Shown in pieces: positions 1 to 6,381 of a stretch of 14,611 nucleotides of DNA. The notes beneath the pieces are model-generated. The model made no database searches and was not told the DNA's origin. It was given only the letters and a program-made list of their open reading frames with translations. This DNA is from Promethearchaeota archaeon (GTDB lineage: Archaea > Asgardarchaeota > Lokiarchaeia > Sigyniarchaeales > SOKP01). The stretch is taken from contig SDNY01000093.1 in the NCBI GenBank assembly GCA_004524535.1, positions 1 to 14,611 on the forward strand. The letters run 5' to 3'. Positions within the stretch are counted from its first letter, which is position 1. Each line of letters begins with the position of its first letter. Both the position numbers and the translations under genes were made by a program.

Positions 1-1
1 T

Positions 2-793
2 GCTTGCACATTAAAGGGGCTTCCTCGTAATCGGAACCATTGTGTCATAAAAGCGGAAGTAAATTTTCAAAAAGAAATGGGACATAAACCCGATTTGAAC
101 ATCGATGAGGAAGTATTAAAATTAAAAGAATTAGCTCAAGAAGAATTAAAAAAATTGAGAGAAAGAGTCTTTAATGAGAATGTACCACCAGAAAAGAGAG
201 AATCATTGACTCCAGAAGAAATTCAAGAGTGGAAAAATAATATAAAAGAAACTTTCGGATCGGATTATAAATTCGAAGAAATGGAAAACATATTAGGAAA
301 TAAAATTGCGGCAGTTCAAACTGTTAGTTCCATTATTTCTAGTATTGAATCCCAAGAAGCGTTAAAATTATTGTTCCGAGTAAATGGTAGAAATATTGGC
401 CCTCCGATGGATCCTCCTTATATTAATTATAATGGCGTTTATGGTCAATTTGATGCTCTGAGCATAACAAAGCGAGAGGACTGTCTTGCATGCGGCATAA
501 TTGAGGGCGAGGAAAATGTCCATATTGTGGTTCCATTTGATGCAGATTTGGGTTATATCTTTGAGGCCATGGAAATCAGTGAACATAAATTAGAACCAAA
601 TTTATGGATGATTACTAATCCGATAAGTAAAGAAATTTATTGGAATCCATATATTCCGTCAATGAAAGACCCAAAAATTAAGCTAAATTCTCTTAAAATT
701 AAAAGTAATGACATTGTTTCTATAACACCATTAGGAAAGGCAAAACAAGAATCGAAAATTAAAAAATATAATGTGATAATTACGTTTATGTAG
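2..793 (+). CDS. Ubiquitin-like activating enzyme E1 (UBA3/SAE2-like architecture), 5'-truncated by the window edge
   Basis: The frame is open from base 2 (ACTLKGLPRNRNHCVIKAEVNFQKE-MGHK...), upstream of the ATG at 77. CT-x4-P-x4-HC matches the eukaryotic E1 catalytic-Cys motif (Cys codon 5-7). IAAVQTVSSIISSIESQEALKLL matches the E1/ThiF 'IPAxxTTxAII...EALK' helix. KREDCLACG is the Zn-binding CxxC, followed by a ~90-aa tail consistent with a ubiquitin-fold domain. Confidence 0.88.
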   Translation, partial: ACTLKGLPRNRNHCVIKAEVNFQKEMGHKPDLNIDEEVLKLKELAQEELKKLRERVFNENVPPEKRESLTPEEIQEWKNNIKETFGSDYKFEEMENILGNKIAAVQTVSSIISSIESQEALKLLFRVNGRNIGPPMDPPYINYNGVYGQFDALSITKREDCLACGIIEGEENVHIVVPFDADLGYIFEAMEISEHKLEPNLWMITNPISKEIYWNPYIPSMKDPKIKLNSLKIKSNDIVSITPLGKAKQESKIKKYNVIITFM

Positions 794-1394
794 TTTCTGC
801 TCTCTTTTTATTAACAAGATTAATTAATTCATCTATTAAATAAGCCTGAATTCCAGCATTTTTACCAGTAATTACATCCTTTTCGAGATCTCCGATATAT
901 ATCATTTCTTCTTCTTTAACATCATAATGATCTCGAATTTTTAACAATCCTTCCGGATTCGGTTTCCACTTTCTCACATCTTCTCTTCCTATAATATAAT
1001 CTATCTTTTCATAAATTCCTGCTAATTTTAAAGATTCAATAATTGTTTTTCTTGTGTTTAAGGATAATACTGCTAATTTAATATCATTAGGAACTTTAAA
1101 CAGGTGTATATTCTTAATAAAAAAAATGGTTTCTTTAATCTTTTCATTGTCGTTTATCGTTTTCATCTCATAATCTTCAATTATATTAAAAAAATTCTGT
1201 AATTCTGCTTCATCGTCTTTATCTACAATCTTATCGAGGCAAGCAGTAATATGTACAAATTCACAAGCTTCATCATAAATATCATTATATCTTTTGGTTA
1301 AAAGTTTCTTTAAATGACTCCAATTAACAGGCAACCTTACAATAGTTCCATCTAAGTCAAATATAATTACTTTTTTTTTTTTAAAAGAGATCAT
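786..1394 (-). CDS. HAD-superfamily hydrolase (phosphoglycolate phosphatase-like)
   Basis: Motif I IIFDLDGT, motif II LSLN, motif III KPNPEG, motif IV YIGDLEKD. Overlaps the E1 3' end by 8 nt (convergent). Confidence 0.9.
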   Translation of the reverse strand: MISFKKKKVIIFDLDGTIVRLPVNWSHLKKLLTKRYNDIYDEACEFVHITACLDKIVDKDDEAELQNFFNIIEDYEMKTINDNEKIKETIFFIKNIHLFKVPNDIKLAVLSLNTRKTIIESLKLAGIYEKIDYIIGREDVRKWKPNPEGLLKIRDHYDVKEEEMIYIGDLEKDVITGKNAGIQAYLIDELINLVNKKRAETT

Positions 1395-1673
1395 TTGATT
1401 TGAAATATAATTAACTAATTAAAAAATAATATTGACTAAAGAATTATAAATTTAAGTAATACTTTCATTATTAGACAAAAATTTTCAAATCATAAGTAAT
1501 AACAGGAAATAAATGTGAATTAAAAATGATAATTAAGGAAGTCAAAATTAACGAATACACAATGGACATGGCTAGAAATCAAGACTTTTATTTTGACAGT
1601 TGTGTTACCTAAAACTAAAGAAAAATTATAAAGAAAAAGATATTTCTAAACTAATCTTCGCTCGATAAGTTTT

Positions 1674-2180
1674 ATGAAAAACATCCCGCCCCAATATCGA
1701 CTCAGTGAAGAGTTCAGGGATAATGATCTTAAAATACTGCTTGAGGAAAGACATCCGCATTCTAAGGGCTCAGAAGAGCTCAAGATCTATTCCAATTGGG
1801 GATGGGTCGAAACGATGGGAATTACTGATGAAAGCGGCAATAATATTGCATGGATACCAGATTTCATTAAATATCCTTCCGGAGATGGTGGAGGCGGTTA
1901 TCATATCTGTGAAGATCATATAGAAGAATTAGACTTCTTTTACGCTTACGGAACTCATGGTTATATAGAAGCACTAGAATATGTTCTTAGAACAATTAGG
2001 GATAATGAACCTTTACCTTATTTAGTGCCTGCTGATGAAGGAAATATAGGGCGCATATATAAAATTGAGGGCTCACCATATCTAATTGTAATATATGGGG
2101 GATCTGATCATCATATTCATACAGCATACCCAGTAGCAGATTTACCTAAGAATTTAATACCTCTAGAAGAAGGTTCTTAA
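1674..2180 (+). CDS. Hypothetical protein, probable polymorphic-toxin-type ribonuclease domain
   Basis: 168-aa ORF with G-x-x-H-I-x-x-x-H (GGYHICEDH), an upstream 'SGNNIAWI' strand, 'GRIYKI', and a terminal 'IHTAYP' strand. This pattern recalls toxin C-terminal RNase domains (BECR/EndoU-type). Family assignment is by eye only. Confidence 0.55.
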   Translation: MKNIPPQYRLSEEFRDNDLKILLEERHPHSKGSEELKIYSNWGWVETMGITDESGNNIAWIPDFIKYPSGDGGGGYHICEDHIEELDFFYAYGTHGYIEALEYVLRTIRDNEPLPYLVPADEGNIGRIYKIEGSPYLIVIYGGSDHHIHTAYPVADLPKNLIPLEEGS

Positions 2181-4149
2181 AAGATTCATCAAGAATTACA
2201 CTAAAATTAGGATTTAATTGATTCTTTATTTCTTTAAAAGTTTCAAAGATAGTATTGCATAATTTTGGAGTAATCAGATCCTTTCTTAGATTATAGACCA
2301 TTTTATATAATTCATCTAGCTTGTCAATAATATTCAAGGTTAAAGGCAATCTTTCTGGCTTTACATAGAAAGAATATTTATATCGCGTGTTTAGATTTTT
2401 CGGTCTAATACAAGTAGGTTCTGTTTTAAGGTCAAGACTAATTATATAAGGAGGGCTACAAATATTTATATTATTATTAGAAAGAATGTCTAATATTGAA
2501 TGTGCGGTCTCATCCATACATTCTGGATTAATTGAAAATATTTCAAGAGAACACATCTTTAAAATTGATTCTGGAAGTGAAGTAATAGGATTTCCATCTA
2601 TATGCAATTCTTTAAGCTTCATTAAATTACCAATGGAATTTGGAAGATCTTTTAAATTGTTATAATCGCAGAGTAGTATTTTAAGGGATTCAAGCTTATT
2701 TATATTCTCTGGAACGGATTCTAAATTGTTAAAACTTAAATTTAATAATTCCAAATTTTTCAAGCCTGAAATGGAATTAATGGATTCTAAATTGTTATGA
2801 TTTAAGTCTAAGAGCTCCAAATTTTTTAAACTTGAAATGGAATTAGGCAAGATTTTTAGATTATTCTTGCTCAGATCAAAAAAGTTTATGGAATTAAGTT
2901 CGAAAATAGTTTCAGGAACTTCTTCAATAAAATTTTTCTCTAATCTTAATTTTTCAAGGGATTTTAATTGAGAGATTACGGATGGAAATTCATCAAATTG
3001 ATTATCACTCAATTCTAATTCTTTTAGGAGTTTAAGATTACTCATTGAAGCAGGCAAAGATTTTAAAGCGTTTTTTAATAAATCTATTCTTTTCAGATTA
3101 GTAAGTTTTCCTATACTGTCGGGGATTTTGTCAAGGACACACCCTCTTAAATTAAGATTAACTATTCTTTTATTCACAATGGTTATGCAAGGTGAAAGCG
3201 GGGGAGGTCGCCCTTGAAACACATTTGGTTGATAAATATGAATAGGTGAATTTAGTATGGAGTACAAGTCTAAGAAAAAAGGAATTTCGTTGTTTATTAA
3301 CATTTTTTTGAGGAAACTTTCACTTTCATTAAAGATCCAATTTTTATAAAATTCCCTAACATTTGGTGCTTTTAACTCTATTAATCTATCAAGAATTTGA
3401 TAGCCATATTTAGGATCTTCTCTTAAAATTAGACTATAATCAAATTTTTTAAATAAATTATTCATATCATCACGATTAAGAGTTTTAATATAACTGTAGT
3501 TATTCCAGATTAGAGCTTTCATAATAGGATAATCATAATGTCTGAGATTATAGAGAGATTTGTTTTTCTTTGTTTTAAGTGTTCTTGATCTTGTAGAAGA
3601 ATTATAAAGAGCGATTAGAATTCTTGGTTTTTGTTTTATAATAAGTTCAAGATCAAGACCTTCAAATAAAGTATCAATTTCTTCAGCATTTAAATAATCC
3701 AAATAACGCTTACGAATTAAAAATTCAATAACAGAAGGATAACCACTTTGAAACCGTTTCGCAATTTCATCTTTAAATGCTCTTTTTGCCTTTGGATCAT
3801 TAATTTCTGGATTAGATAGTTTTTTTAATAAAGGAAACGCCAGATTAGAATGAAGAAATCTCGTATCGTAATTATTTTCTGCCCATAATTGCATATTGGA
3901 ACAATGTACAAAAAATTTTGTTTCATCAGGTATGTTGACTACTTCATGTTTAACTTTTTTTAATGAATTCGTATAATCTACGATTTCATCTACCGATTTT
4001 AAATCTTTAAGGAGATCTTCAAGCTCATAGGCAGTTTTTCTCATCAAGATATACTTACATTGAATAAATGGTTTGCCCCCTACATAAATATTGGTCCTAC
4101 CATCCTCTAATTTCAGCGTGATATATTCATTGACCTTAAACTCTCCCAT
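2146..4149 (-). CDS. Leucine-rich repeat protein with Lokiarchaeal-type N-terminal domain
   Basis: The N-terminus EFKVNEYITLKLEDGRTNIYV..FIQCKYIL...FVHCSNMQLWAENNYDTRFLHSNLAFPLLKKL is a pattern I recognise from an expanded Lokiarchaeal protein family. It is followed by about nine 22-23-aa LxxLxLxxNxLxxLPxxI repeats. Confidence 0.9.
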   Translation of the reverse strand: MGEFKVNEYITLKLEDGRTNIYVGGKPFIQCKYILMRKTAYELEDLLKDLKSVDEIVDYTNSLKKVKHEVVNIPDETKFFVHCSNMQLWAENNYDTRFLHSNLAFPLLKKLSNPEINDPKAKRAFKDEIAKRFQSGYPSVIEFLIRKRYLDYLNAEEIDTLFEGLDLELIIKQKPRILIALYNSSTRSRTLKTKKNKSLYNLRHYDYPIMKALIWNNYSYIKTLNRDDMNNLFKKFDYSLILREDPKYGYQILDRLIELKAPNVREFYKNWIFNESESFLKKMLINNEIPFFLDLYSILNSPIHIYQPNVFQGRPPPLSPCITIVNKRIVNLNLRGCVLDKIPDSIGKLTNLKRIDLLKNALKSLPASMSNLKLLKELELSDNQFDEFPSVISQLKSLEKLRLEKNFIEEVPETIFELNSINFFDLSKNNLKILPNSISSLKNLELLDLNHNNLESINSISGLKNLELLNLSFNNLESVPENINKLESLKILLCDYNNLKDLPNSIGNLMKLKELHIDGNPITSLPESILKMCSLEIFSINPECMDETAHSILDILSNNNINICSPPYIISLDLKTEPTCIRPKNLNTRYKYSFYVKPERLPLTLNIIDKLDELYKMVYNLRKDLITPKLCNTIFETFKEIKNQLNPNFSVILDESFKNLLLEVLNS
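2530..3165 (-). repeat. LRR tandem array (~9 units of 66-69 nt)
   Basis: Units such as LNLRGCVLDKIPDSIGKLTNLKR / IDLLKNALKSLPASMSNLKLLKE / FDLSKNNLKILPNSISSLKNLEL. Boundaries are approximate. Confidence 0.85.
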
Positions 4150-4616
4150 TTTTTTAAAAAATAGTTTTTCTAATTAGCCTATGATATTATCAGAATTCAG
4201 AAATTTAAATTTAATCTCCTTGAGAATTTTTCTATTCATCTTTTAATTTTGAGATTTTTTTGCCTTCCGACAAACACAGAATATCCTTAAAGAAGTTCAA
4301 GAATAGATTTAATTATTTTTTCACCATATCATTTAAAGGCAAAAATTTCGTGTTATAAGTTACACAATAGACAAAGATATTAATTTAAAAAAATTTTTTC
4401 GGAGAAACGAAAATTTGATACATTTCTGTTCGTTTTTTTCACTTGACCTTTCACTTAGTCTTACTCTAATCCTTCCAATTCAGAGAATTCAGAGCATTTT
4501 TCAGAAAAAATCTAAACCTTAATTCTATAACAAGATAATGATAGACAATACTTACCAAAACTTACTAAACCTTTCCACTCTTTTTATTTTAATAGGAATA
4601 TTTATTTTAAATTATT

Positions 4617-5147
4617 ATGAGAGGAGAATCAAGGGTTTTATTTATTGTAGGTTGTTCCAAGAAAAAGTTATCCAACTGTGCGCCTGTCAAAGATTTTTAT
4701 CAGGGACAATTATTCAAAATGGTTAAGAAACTCGTCACCCAAAACAACTTTGATTATAGAGCTTTATCCGGAAAACTCGGTCTACTAAGCCCGGATGAAA
4801 TGGTAACCCCTTACGACCAAAAGATTGAGAACTCCGAGGAAAGCATTAACGCAATACGAGACCTTGCGCTTTCGAGATTATCCAAGATCCTCCCCGAATA
4901 CGATTCAATCATTCTTATTATGGGAAAGACCTACAGAAAGGTTATCGAGCCTCTCATAAATCATAAGTTTATAGTCATAGTTGACAAGAAAGGCATTTTT
5001 GGATACCTTTCAATCATTTCTAAATACCTCAAACTTCCTAAAGCTCAGGTATTAAAAGAGCTTGAGAAATTTAGGATACAAGAGGGCAACATCAATATTG
5101 AAATTCATAATGAATTAAATAAAATTACATTAGAGAAGTGGATATAA
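4617..5147 (+). CDS. DUF6884-like protein
   Basis: IVGCSKKK...APVKDFYQGQLF...ALSGKLGLLSPDEMVTPYDQKI matches the recalled family pattern 'CsxxK..PAxdLYxgxlF..ILSAkyGLl..d..i.pYD'. Confidence 0.65.
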   Translation: MRGESRVLFIVGCSKKKLSNCAPVKDFYQGQLFKMVKKLVTQNNFDYRALSGKLGLLSPDEMVTPYDQKIENSEESINAIRDLALSRLSKILPEYDSIILIMGKTYRKVIEPLINHKFIVIVDKKGIFGYLSIISKYLKLPKAQVLKELEKFRIQEGNINIEIHNELNKITLEKWI

Positions 5148-5342
5148 AAATGAATAAATTAAATTTGGAAAAGAATAAGAAAAATGGTACCACAGGCTTA
5201 AGAAAGAAACAAAATCAAGAAGCGTTTAATGTTAGTTTTATGACTACAGCTAATATGGAGTGGTACCATTTGTCCATTAAAAAACTTTTGTTGAACATAA
5301 TAAGAGACAACAAAACAACACCCAAATTAGAATTTTTTTCTG

Positions 5343-5852
5343 TTATTCTTTGGCATACTTGTCTGTCCATTTACGCGCTTTAGACTCAAATTTCTTCAAA
5401 TTCCTAAAATATTCTTCTCCTGCTTCGTGATTTAGTGGATCTCCGGGATTAAAGAAAGGAGCCTCATAATGCATCATGCCCTTTAAAGCTTCGATAATAT
5501 TAATTAAAGTTTTTGATGGTGTCCACCCGGATGCACCAGTACTCGCATCAACTTTACCTACGAGATCGGGATTAATCAAGTCCAGACAGATGTTAAGTTT
5601 GCCAGGGGGTATGCTAGAATCAATGTTAGGATGCCACATAAGAGTTACCGCATACGCGTACGGCGGAGCGAAGGGATAATTTTCAGGGAACTTAATCTCA
5701 AAAACAAATTTTCCATCCGCATATGGATTTCCTTTTTTACCAATAATAGTTAATCGTAAATGATCTATACTTCGCCCCCATGGTTCAATAATAACATATG
5801 GATCATCTTTATACGTCTCTAAAGCGTCCCCATAGTCATTTTCTTCACGCAA
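5343..5852 (-). CDS. Ubiquitin-conjugating enzyme E2 (UBC fold)
   Basis: G..GNPYADGKF.FEIKFPENYPFAPP, HPNI, catalytic ICLDL (Cys codon 5586-5588), GWTP, DPLN.EA, FESKARKWT.KYA. The start codon is uncertain (TTG at 5852; a near-frame ATG lies at 5863). Confidence 0.95.
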   Translation of the reverse strand: MREENDYGDALETYKDDPYVIIEPWGRSIDHLRLTIIGKKGNPYADGKFVFEIKFPENYPFAPPYAYAVTLMWHPNIDSSIPPGKLNICLDLINPDLVGKVDASTGASGWTPSKTLINIIEALKGMMHYEAPFFNPGDPLNHEAGEEYFRNLKKFESKARKWTDKYAKE

Positions 5853-6026
5853 ATTTCTTTCATCTCAAATATAAATATTTTTATAATTTAATTTAATAAA
5901 AAGATTTTAATAATTTAATAAAAAGGTTTGGAATTCATAAATTATACGGATTTTTCATTTTTTTATTATGAAAAAACTATTTAAAAAAAGATTTTATTTT
6001 AGGATTTTTAGAATCTTGCTTAAAAT

Positions 6027-6067
6027 CGTAAAAAATATATAAATTAAAGAATTAGATAATTATAAAA
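6027..6067 (+). promoter_or_regulatory. Candidate BRE/TATA promoter(s) for tRNA-Tyr
   Basis: cgtaaaaaa-TATATAAA (TATA 6036-6043) and TTATAAAA (6060-6067) lie upstream of the tRNA 5' end at 6086. The AT-rich background limits specificity. Confidence 0.4.
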
Positions 6068-6085
6068 AAACCCCTCTATAAATAG

Positions 6086-6273
6086 CCCCTCTTATTTAAA
6101 GGAATAACCTTTAAAGAGGTAAGCTCAGACTGGTAGAGCGCTCGGCTGTAGATGAAATCGCGTACTAAGGTTTTGTACCTATGAAGTTACGTCAGCCAGC
6201 AAAAACCGAGCGGCCCCCGGATGCGTCGGTCCAAAACGGAACGACGGCGGAACGAGGCCGGGAGAGGGGACCA
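6086..6273 (+). tRNA. tRNA-Tyr(GTA) with three introns (exons 6086-6093, 6122-6151, 6205-6222, 6253-6273)
   Basis: Acceptor stem CCCCTCT(6086-92)/AGAGGGG(6263-69), A73 and encoded CCA. D-stem GCTC/GAGC. Anticodon stem CTCGG/CCGAG with GTA at 6148-6150. T-stem CCCGG/CCGGG. C1:G72 plus A73 are the archaeal/eukaryotic Tyr identity elements. The spliced product is 77 nt. Confidence 0.92.
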
Positions 6274-6381
6274 TTTTATTTTTCTTTATAGACTTTAATT
6301 AGTTTCTACATTTAACTTCAAAAAAATTATTATTTTAATTTCATTATTCTTAACTATAAAGTTAAAAGAAAAAAGAATTAA

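Noticed and set aside
368-586. 72-aa minus-strand ORF
   Set aside because: Antisense shadow of the E1 gene; no motifs.
1526-1612. Short ORF MIIKEVKINEYTMDMARNQDFYFDSCVT, faintly like the LRR protein N-terminus (KVNEY)
   Set aside because: Only 28 codons, and the similarity is limited to a few residues.
1705-1923. 72-aa alternative-frame ORF inside the toxin-like gene (possible immunity gene)
   Set aside because: Fully nested in a longer motif-bearing ORF; no features of its own.
4477-4494. AATTCAGAG x2 tandem repeat and surrounding C-skewed spacer
   Set aside because: Too short; no convincing ORF or structure on either strand.
4538-4726. 62-aa ORF with a hydrophobic stretch
   Set aside because: Overlaps the DUF6884-like gene out of frame; the hydrophobicity is explained by T-rich DNA.
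5138-5383. 81-aa ORF downstream of the DUF6884-like gene
   Set aside because: Overlaps both neighbours and has no motif. It may be a gene remnant (ATG at 5150), but this cannot be supported.
5476-5679. 67-aa plus-strand ORF
   Set aside because: Antisense to the E2 gene.
6152-6204. Box C/D guide RNA inside the tRNA intron (as in euryarchaeal tRNA-Trp)
   Set aside because: No CTGA D box and only a poor C-box match.
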